Positions 31,084 to 41,154 of a stretch of 64,000 nucleotides of DNA are shown here, piece after piece. The notes under the pieces were generated by a model, which saw only the letters and a program-made list of their open reading frames with translations, did no database searches and was not told where the DNA came from. Position 1 is the stretch's first letter, and each line of letters starts with the position of its first letter. The DNA comes from Flavobacteriales bacterium (GTDB lineage: Bacteria > Bacteroidota > Bacteroidia > Flavobacteriales_D > Parvicellaceae), in the NCBI GenBank assembly GCA_025210295.1, contig JAOASC010000031.1, forward strand, positions 44,350 through 108,349, written 5' to 3'. The translations under genes and the position numbers were made by a program.

Positions 31084-34000
31084 TGCCTATACTTAAAAGC
31101 ATCGTTTTTTGTTTTTTGTTACTCTTCTTTTTGAAGAGTAATCATGCCCAAAACGCTTTTTTTATCCCTAATCAAGGGCAGGTCACTAATCAAAATAACA
31201 GCCCAGTTGACGATGTATTATACACATTGGTCACCCCACATTACAATGTTAATTTTTACATTAACCATTTCGCTTACGAAATCTTTTCTCCACACCAAAA
31301 TGGAGTTCAAATTAATAGAGTGGAGATTTGGCCTCAAACCCTTTCTTCAAACCTTTCAATCTTACCTTCTAAAGCCACAAATAGAACGCATAATTTTTAC
31401 CAAGCCAATAAGCATACAGAAACAATAAAAGAGTTTGAAAAATTGACTTATAAAAACGTTTGGAATGGTATAGATATTGAATTTTTTATCGCAGATCAGC
31501 AACTAAAATATAATTACATTGTAGCTCCTCAGGCCCCCAACACTATTACACTCGAAGTAAAAGGAGCACAACCCAACACCCTTAATCAAGAAATCTCTTA
31601 TTTAAACCAAGGAAAAACACTATTAAATGAACGTTTTCCCACTTGTTATTGGGAGGGTGAAAATGACAACTTATTAGCAGATCTTAACATCATTAGTCAA
31701 AACACCAAGATACAACTGCGCTACCCTGCTCAAAGAACCAAAACCTTAATCATAGACCCAATAGCATACAGTGAACAAACCACTTCATATTACGGTGGTA
31801 TTCACCAAGATTTTGCTGAGGATATTGTATTAAATCACCATCATGAAATCTTATTGACTGGATACACACTAAGTCTAAACAACATTGCTACAACTGGTGC
31901 GCATCAACAGTTTATTGATAATGTAGACAGTTATATCGCAAAGTTTGACTCTTCTGGAAATCGTTTGTGGGCAACTTACTTCGGAGGAAATGACTTTGAA
32001 CGCTCATACGCCCTAGCAATTGACGACAATGATAATATTATTTTATCTGGCAACACCATGAGCATTAATGGTATTGCTACCCCTGGTGCTTACCAAAACT
32101 CCCTGCAAAGCGTAGATGATAATTTCATCGCTAAATTTACGACTAATGGTACGTTAAGCTGGGCCACTTATTTTGGCGGTAACAATCATGATTTTATTAG
32201 CGCTATTGCCACTGACCATCAAAACAACATTTATTTTACAGGCCATACAGCAAGCAACAATTACCCCCTAACACCTGATGCTCATTACGCTACTTTTTCG
32301 AACACTGAAGTCGCTTATTTTACGAAAATATCTGGTACTGGACAGTTGCTACACAGTTCTTTTCTTGGAAATGGAGAAGGAAAAGGAAATGCAATAGAAA
32401 TCTATAATAACGTCATTTATATTGCTGGTGCTACAAGAGCTCTCACCAACATCAGCTTTTTGAACAGTCATCAAAACACCATAGGTGGCGATTGGGATGG
32501 TTTTCTAATGAAACTTAGTGCTTCCAATTACCAACCTTTGTTTGGAACTTATTACGGAGGAATCTCAGAAGATAAATTCAACGGCATGGCTATTTCTGAA
32601 GGAAATATTTACCTAGCGGGATACACCAACAGTTCAGCTGGAATTGCCAACAATAATGCTTACCAAGCTTTAAAAGCAAGTTATGAAGACGGTATGCTTG
32701 TTGCTTTCGATACGCTTGGTAACCATTTATGGGGCAGTTATTACGGTGGAAATGGAACCGACTACCTCAACGATTTAAGCATTGAAAACGACAATATTTG
32801 GGTTGTTGGAGCTTCTACAAGCAATAACTTATCTGTTGATTCTTCTTCTTTTCAACAACAAACCAATGGTGGTTACGATATTTTATTAACCAACTTTACA
32901 ACCAATGGAACGCATCAATGGACTTCCTATAAAGGTGGAAGTTCGGATGACTATGCAAACGCTATTGCTATCAATTCCTCTTCAAGTTTCTTCTATTGTG
33001 GAAATACAGGAAGTAACAACAATTTTACGACAACAAATGCTCACCAAGTTTATTATGGAGGAAATGCTTTTGATGGTTTTTTATCTAAAATTTGCCAACC
33101 TCAATATCCCACTTATTTATCTGAATTAAATGACACCATTAGCTTTTGTATGGGTGATTCTGTTACCATTAATAGCATTAACAGTTTTTCCAATTATTTA
33201 TGGAGCAACGGCAATACTCAAGCTAACATCACCATTAAAAGCCCTGGTGATTATTTTTTACAAACAGTTGATAATTATGGTTGTCCTGGCCGTTCAGACA
33301 CCTTAACTGTTATTGTGTTTTCTGACACAGTTACTATCCAAAACAGCTCTGAATTTCTGTGTGAAAATGATTCTGTATTATTGGCTCTTCCTATAGGTTA
33401 CTCTGGTCATTATTGGAACAACAGTTCCAACTTAGACAGTCTATATATTCAGCAAACGGGGGACTATTGGGCAACTGTTGTGGACAATAACGGCTGTGAA
33501 TTTATATCTGATACTGTGACTATTGGTTCATCTGTTCAAGCTTATTCTATCAACATATTGGGAAGTCCAATTATTTGCTCTGGTAATGAAGTTATTTTAT
33601 ACATTAACTCCTCTGGATTAGCCAATTACAGCTGGAGCAACAATGCACAAACGCCTTCTGTTAACATCAATACTCCGGGTGATTACTGGCTAACGGGAAC
33701 CAATATCGAAGGCTGCCCTATTTATTCCGATTCGGTAACAGTTGTTGTCTCTAATTTTCAAAATCAAAACGTGAGTCTTAACCTTTCTGACTCTGTAGAA
33801 ATTTGTGAGGGTAATGGAGTGCAAATTAATGTCAACGAGCCTTTTGTTAGTTACGAATGGCAAAACGGCTCTACAAATAGTCTTTTTAATGCCACTCAAG
33901 AAGGATTGGTTTATGTTTCTGTTGTTGACACGAATGGCTGTACTTCAAGATCAGACACTGTAACTATAAGTTATTTTGACACTCAAGAAATTCATGTAAA

Positions 34001-34871
34001 TTATCATGAGCCGCTCACCATTTGTGAAGGTGATAGCCTTTATGTATCTACCAACGATAGCCTTTCTCAAATTGAATGGTACAATGGCTCTTCAACACAA
34101 GGGAATTGGGTGGATGACAGCTTAGTTTATTATACAGCTTATGACCTCAATAATTGCCTACTCTACTCCGATACCGTTTCAATTTCTACCCACGCTCGTT
34201 TTACTCCTTCGATAAGTGTTTTGGAAAATCCTTATTTCTGCAATAATGCACCAGTACTTCTTCTTGCAGCTTCTGATTCGAGTACTTGGAACACCAACAC
34301 AATGAATGATTCTATCTTCATCTCTAACGATGGGGCTTATTTTTACACGTTATTAGACACAACTGGTTGTATTTGGAACTCTGATACACTAACCATTGAT
34401 TTTATCGCTCCAAAACCATCAAACATTGTTTTAGACCAGCAAGAGCTTTGCATTGGAAACTCTGTTATACTGCAACAAGCTAACAATGGTGATTTTATTA
34501 CTTTTTATTGGAATGATTCTATCTATTCAGAATCTTTTAGTTTGGTTTTAGATTCTGCTCAAACAATATATGTCTCACTGGAAGATCTTCATTATTGTCA
34601 TGTTGAAGACAGCATTGATGTAATAGCTGAAAAATGCTATAGTAACACTTTAATCTATCCTAATCCTGCTAAGGACTTTCTTAAGATAGAAAGTCCTAAT
34701 AAAATTCAACACTATACACTATACAATAGTTTAGGAAGCTTGGTTGATAAGCAAAACATCAACCTCAATACTTTTTCGATTGCTCTTCACACATTCGAAA
34801 CAGGAATTTATTTTATTGAACTGCATTCCTCTATAGGTCGAGAAACGTATAAGTTTGAAGTGATTCGATAA
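31083..34871 (+). CDS. T9SS cargo (1262 aa) with SBBP beta-propeller repeats, Ig-like repeats and a type-A CTD
   Basis: SBBP-like segments are present ('SGNRLWATYFGGNDFERSYALAIDDNDNIILSGNT', 'WATYFGGNNHDFISAIATDHQNNIYFTGHT', 'GNHLWGSYYGG'). About 8 repeated beta-rich modules follow. The C-terminus is 'LIYPNPAKDFLKIE...GIYFIELHS'. The start ATG overlaps the upstream stop (TAATG). Confidence 0.75.
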   Translation: MPILKSIVFCFLLLFFLKSNHAQNAFFIPNQGQVTNQNNSPVDDVLYTLVTPHYNVNFYINHFAYEIFSPHQNGVQINRVEIWPQTLSSNLSILPSKATNRTHNFYQANKHTETIKEFEKLTYKNVWNGIDIEFFIADQQLKYNYIVAPQAPNTITLEVKGAQPNTLNQEISYLNQGKTLLNERFPTCYWEGENDNLLADLNIISQNTKIQLRYPAQRTKTLIIDPIAYSEQTTSYYGGIHQDFAEDIVLNHHHEILLTGYTLSLNNIATTGAHQQFIDNVDSYIAKFDSSGNRLWATYFGGNDFERSYALAIDDNDNIILSGNTMSINGIATPGAYQNSLQSVDDNFIAKFTTNGTLSWATYFGGNNHDFISAIATDHQNNIYFTGHTASNNYPLTPDAHYATFSNTEVAYFTKISGTGQLLHSSFLGNGEGKGNAIEIYNNVIYIAGATRALTNISFLNSHQNTIGGDWDGFLMKLSASNYQPLFGTYYGGISEDKFNGMAISEGNIYLAGYTNSSAGIANNNAYQALKASYEDGMLVAFDTLGNHLWGSYYGGNGTDYLNDLSIENDNIWVVGASTSNNLSVDSSSFQQQTNGGYDILLTNFTTNGTHQWTSYKGGSSDDYANAIAINSSSSFFYCGNTGSNNNFTTTNAHQVYYGGNAFDGFLSKICQPQYPTYLSELNDTISFCMGDSVTINSINSFSNYLWSNGNTQANITIKSPGDYFLQTVDNYGCPGRSDTLTVIVFSDTVTIQNSSEFLCENDSVLLALPIGYSGHYWNNSSNLDSLYIQQTGDYWATVVDNNGCEFISDTVTIGSSVQAYSINILGSPIICSGNEVILYINSSGLANYSWSNNAQTPSVNINTPGDYWLTGTNIEGCPIYSDSVTVVVSNFQNQNVSLNLSDSVEICEGNGVQINVNEPFVSYEWQNGSTNSLFNATQEGLVYVSVVDTNGCTSRSDTVTISYFDTQEIHVNYHEPLTICEGDSLYVSTNDSLSQIEWYNGSSTQGNWVDDSLVYYTAYDLNNCLLYSDTVSISTHARFTPSISVLENPYFCNNAPVLLLAASDSSTWNTNTMNDSIFISNDGAYFYTLLDTTGCIWNSDTLTIDFIAPKPSNIVLDQQELCIGNSVILQQANNGDFITFYWNDSIYSESFSLVLDSAQTIYVSLEDLHYCHVEDSIDVIAEKCYSNTLIYPNPAKDFLKIESPNKIQHYTLYNSLGSLVDKQNINLNTFSIALHTFETGIYFIELHSSIGRETYKFEVIR

Positions 34872-34909
34872 GGTTTTCTAAAGCCTTTTAGTTAGACGGC
34901 AGCTATTAG

Positions 34910-35473
34910 CTAAACATTAATTGTTTTTTCCCGCTTCTTTTTAATCTGCGCTCTTCTTTTTAAAGCTTTTTGTTGTGCCTCTCTTACAAAGTCTTTTAAT
35001 TCAATAGATGCGTTATTCTGAGCTATTACCTTCAAGACTTCTATACCTTTGCTATAATTCTGAATATAATATTTTGGCATCTTGTTGTAGGCTGTAGAAT
35101 AAAAATTGAAACAATAGGTATGTCTTGTCCAACTTCCTCCAGACCTACTAGCTATACCTCCTCCCATTTGAGCAACTGAACTTAATGTTATTTTGTTTAT
35201 TGTATCCAACGGGTATTTTCTCCATATTTTTAAGACGATAAATTGAGACAGAATTTGAAGTTCGCCATCCTTTATGCGAATTGCACTCTGATGTACGAAT
35301 AGTCCTATTGAAACCAATAAAACAATACTTCCTAGGTATAAATTTAGAGCAGCCAATCCAAAAGAGGAAAAAAAAAGAAGAACAGCCCACCCTATATATG
35401 CTTTTGTATAGCGCTTATACACTTTTTCTAAGTTATTTATGCTTTTACTTTCTATATTTTGCTGGTATTTCAT
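34910..35473 (-). CDS. Hypothetical 2-TM membrane protein, last gene of the flotillin/AAA+ module
   Basis: Two hydrophobic helices ('AVLLFFSSFGLAALNLYLGSIVLLVSIGLFV') precede a soluble domain with a basic tail. The track ORF starts at a TTG (35542) that overlaps the upstream gene. The ATG at 35473 is the likelier start. Confidence 0.4.
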   Translation of the reverse strand: MKYQQNIESKSINNLEKVYKRYTKAYIGWAVLLFFSSFGLAALNLYLGSIVLLVSIGLFVHQSAIRIKDGELQILSQFIVLKIWRKYPLDTINKITLSSVAQMGGGIASRSGGSWTRHTYCFNFYSTAYNKMPKYYIQNYSKGIEVLKVIAQNNASIELKDFVREAQQKALKRRAQIKKKREKTINV

Positions 35474-36056
35474 CTTCCATAAAGTCCGGAACAAAAAAAG
35501 GTGGAGCTGGCGGACCTTTATGAGGTCGCTGTATTTCTTCAAATCTGAAATTGGACATTACACGATAAAACCATTTTCTTAATTCACCAGGGGTCGTCAT
35601 CAATTTAGGACGCTTTAAACTCACGGAGTTATCATCAGGATTTAATTCCAATTCTCCTGTAAAAACAAAATAATACTTAGCAAGATTATTAGGATTGGGA
35701 TCTTCTTGAAACATTGAAAAACCACAATTAAAACTAAACTTATAAGCGGTTGCAGTATATCTTATTTTTTGGAGTGCCAGGTAAGGAAAAAATTTGGGAT
35801 ACAAATTTGCATGTTGTGTCATTCTATTTACCCACTCTTTTCTTTCATCTTTTGACATGCTAGCAGTGTCTATGTCTATAAATGAAAAATCATTTTGTTG
35901 AAGTAGTTGAAACAAGCTATCGGCATAATTTAATACTAAACTTTTCTGCGATGGATTTAAAACTATGGCTTCATTTGAAGTTTCACTTTGTTGAGCGACT
36001 AGCATTAAACTCCATAAATTCAAGAGCAACGTCAGTCTTAAAATCTTTTTTCTCAT
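35445..36056 (-). CDS. Secreted or periplasmic hypothetical protein
   Basis: The signal peptide is clear ('MRKKILRLTLLLNLWSLMLVAQQ'). No recognisable domain is present. The gene is 27 nt downstream of the giant ATPase gene. Confidence 0.5.
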   Translation of the reverse strand: MRKKILRLTLLLNLWSLMLVAQQSETSNEAIVLNPSQKSLVLNYADSLFQLLQQNDFSFIDIDTASMSKDERKEWVNRMTQHANLYPKFFPYLALQKIRYTATAYKFSFNCGFSMFQEDPNPNNLAKYYFVFTGELELNPDDNSVSLKRPKLMTTPGELRKWFYRVMSNFRFEEIQRPHKGPPAPPFFVPDFMEDEIPAKYRK

Positions 36057-36083
36057 CTATAACTCTTTTTCAACCTACGCAAC

Positions 36084-39000
36084 TCAACTGCTTGCTTTCC
36101 CAATCACATTTGCGATTACTCCAAGCCCCTTGGTAATTTCTTCCATTTGCAACAAAACTTGAGCGGTTTGATTATCTTCTCCTAGACCACTCATCTTTTG
36201 GGACTTTTGATATACCTCTTTTATTACTTGCCAACGTTGAGCTTCCTCTGGAGAAAGCATCCCTTGCAATTCTTTAAATTTTAGCATATTTGCCTCTGCT
36301 CCAGTTGTTAACGTCTGGGATTCATTTTCATAATGCGATAAAATAACGGTCTGCAATTCTTTATCGTTCATGATAGGAACTAGTTTTTCTACAATTTTAT
36401 TCATATCTCTATACGAACCTTGTAGTTTAAACGGAGGCTCTGTTCTGTATTTATCTTCCTGACCTGCCGAAGCAATGTATTGCGCATTGACTTTTGTAAG
36501 TGTATCTCTTACCTGAATTACTTTTTCTAATAAGGCTGTATACTCTTTTATTTCTTGTCCCGAATGATTCCCCTCAAACGCGATCCCTTCTTGCGATCCT
36601 GTTTCTACTACTTTCAAAAAGGCGTAAACATCTTTAAAACTTTTGGCTACCAATCGTTGTAACACAGGATTAGATGTTAAACTATTTTCTATATAACTTA
36701 AATTAAACACGGCTGCTTTTCCTCCTGTAATATCTCCCAAGTTGTATATATCAGCACGATTGGAAAGCATATCGGGAATTTGAAATTTATCGCCACTTTC
36801 TGTATAAGGATTTCCAGCCATAACAATGGCTACTTTTTTCCCTCTTAAGTCATAGGTTTTACTCTTTCCTTTGTAAACTCCCTCTATTTTACGCTGCGCA
36901 TCACATAAAGAAATAAACTTTTGTAAAAACTCTGGATTACAATGCTGAATATCATCTAAATAGATCATAACATTGTCTCCCATTTCGAATGCTAAATTGA
37001 GTTTTTCGATCTCTTCTTTTGCACTTGCGTTAGGCGCCTCAGCTGGATCTAAAGAAGTAACTTGATGTCCGATAGTTGGCCCATTAATTTTCATAAACAC
37101 TAAACCTAAACGATTGGCGATATACTCCATTAATGTTGTTTTCCCGTAACCAGGAGGAGAAATTAACAATAACATCCCCATAAGGTCTGTTCGTTTATTC
37201 TCTCCAGCCGCTCCCATTTGCTTCGCAAGGTTATCTCCTATTAATGGGAAATACACTTCATCTATCAGTTTATTACGGACAAACGACGTCATTACTTTGG
37301 CCTTAAATTCATGTAAACGAAGCTCGTCTTTAAATGCGTGAATGATCTCTTTTTTTAGGGTTTGGTATTGCTCAAACTTTGGAACACTTACCGTTTTAAA
37401 ATCATACATTTTTGCATAAAAGCGATTGTAGTCAAAATCATAATCTGCATCAACGACAGTATGATTTCCTTGAAAACCGGTTAATTTCTGCCCTGTTTTT
37501 ACTTTAATCACCTTTGGCTTATCTTGATCTGAAGATATTACTGAAATTGCAACCTCTTCTACATAAGCTTTTAAGTGCATATTCTTTGGAGTCGCTTCTA
37601 AATATGCATTTAACCAATTTTGCATTAACAAAATCTGACTGACTGCAGATGCATCAACAGAATTTAAAGATTGATTGAATATTTTCTTTGCATTTACTTT
37701 AGTTAAATAGAGGTTAAACTGATCGTACAGTTCTAGCGCTTCCTGACTCAGGATAAATTGATCTCCTCGACACACTTCTTCAAACAGATAATTTGCAGCA
37801 TCAGTTATATTTGCCGCTGTATAGAGGTTGGTTTCCATCACAAAAGACTCCATCAGTTGAACCAGAGTTGTTTTTAGCTGTTTAAATTCATTGGTTTCGG
37901 GGAAAACTTCTATGACAACTCCTGCTGCTTTTAATCGAGCATTTAGCGCTTCTTTTTGTGGTACATCAATATATTTTTCCCAGAAAAACTTTGCGCAAGC
38001 TCTTTCATAACTGCTATACACCAATAAATCAGCATGTTTAGCTATAGTTAACGCTGTTTTAAGAATCAAATGAGCATCTACATCATGAATTCCTTTGGCA
38101 TAGCCTTCCTCATATTTACTAGCCATTAGCTGCTGCACAATAGCCAATTGCTCTTTTTCTTCAAGCATTAAAAATTCAGTTTCAGAAACGGGCTCCTTGA
38201 TGGCTAGTTTCTGTAGAATTTGATAGGCTAAATACTCCGCTCTATATACCTGTTTATTTTCTGAAATATAAGCTTGATCCCAAACGGATTCTGTTGCTAA
38301 AAACTCTGGATTAGTTACAGGCTCAAAATAATTCGTTCCTGTTAAATGAAAACACATTTCCCCATTTTTTAAAACAATGGTTAAATCCAACGGTTGGGTA
38401 TTGACCGAAAATTGATGCTTCCCCATCTGAATAATATCTTTCCCATCAACAAACAGCTCAGTTTTATCTTTTAGCTGTCGGAGCGCATCTTCTTTTACGG
38501 TTTTAAACTGACTTTGTACATCATCGGCCTTAACAGCATCTTTTAATTCGATTAATTGCGCTATAATATCACGGATTTTTCCAACCATGATATCAGAAGC
38601 AAAATAGCCATTTATTTCGACTGGTGTTTTAAAATTGGCTACCCTATTTTTAATCCCTTTTAGTATTCTCTCCGCCGATTGTTGTAGTGTAGTAGCGCGT
38701 TTATTACGACTTTCAATTAAAGCAATTTTTCGCGATTCAAAGGCGTTGTATACTTCTTCACGTTTCTCTCCTACCAGGGTAATAAACTCATCAAACTCCG
38801 AAAACTTACCCTCTAGCTCTTCGAGTTGCACCATGAGTTTGGTTAAATACTCATCACATTTTTCAGGAGTTTCAGAAATATCCAAAAAGTTAACCACACT
38901 TTGACTAATTAACTTAATTTGACTATTGAACTCTGCCTTTCCTTCTCGTCCTAATAATACTTTACGTTTTTTCTTAAGTGCTGCATTGATTTGGTTAAAC

Positions 39001-40967
39001 TGTGCATAAATATCAGAAATAGCGTCGATAATCTTAGTTGTTTGCGTAGCATCCTCAATTTTTAAATTACTAACAATCTCTATCAACAATTCCAACTCAG
39101 CAGAAACCGCTAAAACTTTATTTTCTAATTCATTAGCATCTACAACTTTCTCTAATTGACCAATTGTTGTTTTTAAACCGTCTACCTTAACTAAATAGGG
39201 AGCAAGCGATTTCTCGTCTAACAAAAACTGAACACAACGCTGTGATATATCTTCTTGATGTTGGGCTATTTGCTGATCTAATTCCTCTACTAAATCAACT
39301 TCAACATAACGTAATTCTTTTAATTGTATAATACTTCCTCTAACGCCTCTTATCTCTCCCAAAACCTCAACAAAATGATCAATTAAATCGAAGTTTTTAA
39401 TTTTAATCGCACGCAATAAGTTTGCTACAATTTCTTGTGTTCTTTGTGTTTCTTCTAGTGTATGTTGTTTTACTTTTACAACTTTATCAAACTCATCAAT
39501 AGCTGAGGAAGCTGATTCTTTAATCGCTACTAAAGGCTCATGAATATCGGCTACTGTTATGCTATCAATCCAATGATAAGTATCCAAGACATCGTTGGCT
39601 CCCTTTACAATATCTAGGTATAAATTGGCGTAAGAATCTTCTTTGTAAATCAAACGAATCACCTCATTACATTCTGACATTGCTTTAACAATATCTTTAT
39701 TTCCTATCTTTTGTAATTCAGAATCGTTTTTTTCTGCTGGAACGAAACTATGATCTAAAAATGGTGTTTGCCAAATTTGAACCGCGTGATGCTTTTTTTG
39801 TTCATCATCATTCTTAAAGAAACACATTTCTCCATTGTCAAAAATAGAATAACCGTGGCAAATAATAGGGGTTTCTACTTTCTGTTCAATAATGTTGTAA
39901 CTTAACAAGATATATACTCCTGACACTTCATTGTAAAACACATAAAGAAAATCCTCACCATTGGGTGATGCAATTCTTTTTTCGAAAATCATATTTTCTA
40001 ATTGATTTTCGAACAGTTTATATTCCCCTGATTGCAGGTAGTAACCTTTAGAAAAAATCAGTCCATGGTCGTCTGGTAGTAACACTCCTGATTTTTCTAA
40101 TGCATCTATCCGTGTAACCGTTTTGATTTTATTGTTAAAAACCAAATAGCGGAACTCTTTTTCTTGATAGGGTTGTATTTTTAAAACAACTAGATTTCCA
40201 ACTACAGCGTAGTAAACTAAAGCATCGTCTAAGGTTTGGTCTTTATTCGCTACTGGCTCTGTATAAATGCCTTTTCCTGAAGCGGTATTGTCTTCAATTT
40301 TTATTGTTAAATCCCCTCCTACTGTTTCAACAAAAACAAGATCTTCGATAGAAATATGTGGATGTTCTCCGCTTACATGCTGGTCTCTTGTTGTTTTGAT
40401 CCATTGAAACTCATGTTGTTCAGGATATGCAAGTTCGTATTCAGAACGGTTATCAACATAAATTAATTGTTGGCCTTTAACATTCCATTTAAATGCCTTA
40501 ACATCGTTTACAGAATTTCCTACTTGAAAGACAAAATACAGGAAAGGACCTTGTTCTACAAACTTTAAAAACTCTGCATTTTTATAATACTTATAAAGAT
40601 TATGAAAATCTGTTTGAAACGCTTCGTCGTTAATTAAATCATACGCAATTGGAGTAAAGTTATGATCGGCATACGCATACAGACTAAAAACATCACTGAT
40701 CTTAATTTCAGTTCGAAGGCCTATATGTACATTGTACCCAAAAATAAAGGCGTCTCCAACTGGAACCATATCACGAGGTAAACAATTGTTTTCTGTAGTA
40801 ATTCGCTCAGTAGAGACTAATGCTGTTTCTATGGCTCCAAAAACATTTTTACGTTCAACATTTAACGCGTGTAATTGCTCTTGTAATTGCTTTCCATGTT
40901 TAGATAAACGATCCCTAATGATTTCGTAAGTACCGCCCTCCAATTGTATTTCTTCGTTACGCTCCAT
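36084..40967 (-). CDS. Giant (1627 aa) protein with an N-terminal beta-rich region, a long central coiled-coil or helical region and a C-terminal MoxR/AAA_5-like AAA+ ATPase domain
   Basis: Walker A 'LISPPGYGKTTL' (around nt 37117-37151), Walker B 'VMIYLDDIQH' and a sensor-1 region 'VAIVMAGNPYTESGDKFQIPDMLSNRADIY' resemble the MoxR/dynein-related AAA_5 clade. The central 400 aa or so are heptad-rich. Confidence 0.7.
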   Translation of the reverse strand: MERNEEIQLEGGTYEIIRDRLSKHGKQLQEQLHALNVERKNVFGAIETALVSTERITTENNCLPRDMVPVGDAFIFGYNVHIGLRTEIKISDVFSLYAYADHNFTPIAYDLINDEAFQTDFHNLYKYYKNAEFLKFVEQGPFLYFVFQVGNSVNDVKAFKWNVKGQQLIYVDNRSEYELAYPEQHEFQWIKTTRDQHVSGEHPHISIEDLVFVETVGGDLTIKIEDNTASGKGIYTEPVANKDQTLDDALVYYAVVGNLVVLKIQPYQEKEFRYLVFNNKIKTVTRIDALEKSGVLLPDDHGLIFSKGYYLQSGEYKLFENQLENMIFEKRIASPNGEDFLYVFYNEVSGVYILLSYNIIEQKVETPIICHGYSIFDNGEMCFFKNDDEQKKHHAVQIWQTPFLDHSFVPAEKNDSELQKIGNKDIVKAMSECNEVIRLIYKEDSYANLYLDIVKGANDVLDTYHWIDSITVADIHEPLVAIKESASSAIDEFDKVVKVKQHTLEETQRTQEIVANLLRAIKIKNFDLIDHFVEVLGEIRGVRGSIIQLKELRYVEVDLVEELDQQIAQHQEDISQRCVQFLLDEKSLAPYLVKVDGLKTTIGQLEKVVDANELENKVLAVSAELELLIEIVSNLKIEDATQTTKIIDAISDIYAQFNQINAALKKKRKVLLGREGKAEFNSQIKLISQSVVNFLDISETPEKCDEYLTKLMVQLEELEGKFSEFDEFITLVGEKREEVYNAFESRKIALIESRNKRATTLQQSAERILKGIKNRVANFKTPVEINGYFASDIMVGKIRDIIAQLIELKDAVKADDVQSQFKTVKEDALRQLKDKTELFVDGKDIIQMGKHQFSVNTQPLDLTIVLKNGEMCFHLTGTNYFEPVTNPEFLATESVWDQAYISENKQVYRAEYLAYQILQKLAIKEPVSETEFLMLEEKEQLAIVQQLMASKYEEGYAKGIHDVDAHLILKTALTIAKHADLLVYSSYERACAKFFWEKYIDVPQKEALNARLKAAGVVIEVFPETNEFKQLKTTLVQLMESFVMETNLYTAANITDAANYLFEEVCRGDQFILSQEALELYDQFNLYLTKVNAKKIFNQSLNSVDASAVSQILLMQNWLNAYLEATPKNMHLKAYVEEVAISVISSDQDKPKVIKVKTGQKLTGFQGNHTVVDADYDFDYNRFYAKMYDFKTVSVPKFEQYQTLKKEIIHAFKDELRLHEFKAKVMTSFVRNKLIDEVYFPLIGDNLAKQMGAAGENKRTDLMGMLLLISPPGYGKTTLMEYIANRLGLVFMKINGPTIGHQVTSLDPAEAPNASAKEEIEKLNLAFEMGDNVMIYLDDIQHCNPEFLQKFISLCDAQRKIEGVYKGKSKTYDLRGKKVAIVMAGNPYTESGDKFQIPDMLSNRADIYNLGDITGGKAAVFNLSYIENSLTSNPVLQRLVAKSFKDVYAFLKVVETGSQEGIAFEGNHSGQEIKEYTALLEKVIQVRDTLTKVNAQYIASAGQEDKYRTEPPFKLQGSYRDMNKIVEKLVPIMNDKELQTVILSHYENESQTLTTGAEANMLKFKELQGMLSPEEAQRWQVIKEVYQKSQKMSGLGEDNQTAQVLLQMEEITKGLGVIANVIGKASS

Positions 40968-41109
40968 GGCTTTATCTTGCTTGGTCTGCTCCTCTTTAGT
41001 CCAGTTAAGTATTCAGGAACAGTTCCTATTTTCTTTCTCCTGTTTATTAACACACGATGAACTCCATTAAAAACATAGAAAAAGGTATTGATTTTCTCTT
41101 GATGAATAA

Positions 41110-41131
41110 CCCAGCAGTATCAACTGCTGGG
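41110..41131 (-). terminator. Perfect 8-bp hairpin (CCCAGCAG-tatcaa-CTGCTGGG) between the flotillin stop and the giant ATPase gene. It may be an attenuator or a partial terminator
   Basis: It lies 24 nt downstream of the flotillin stop on the transcribed strand, in a 187-bp gap. The following U-tract is weak. Confidence 0.3.
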
Positions 41132-41154
41132 CTGAATAAATTATTTGATGATTT

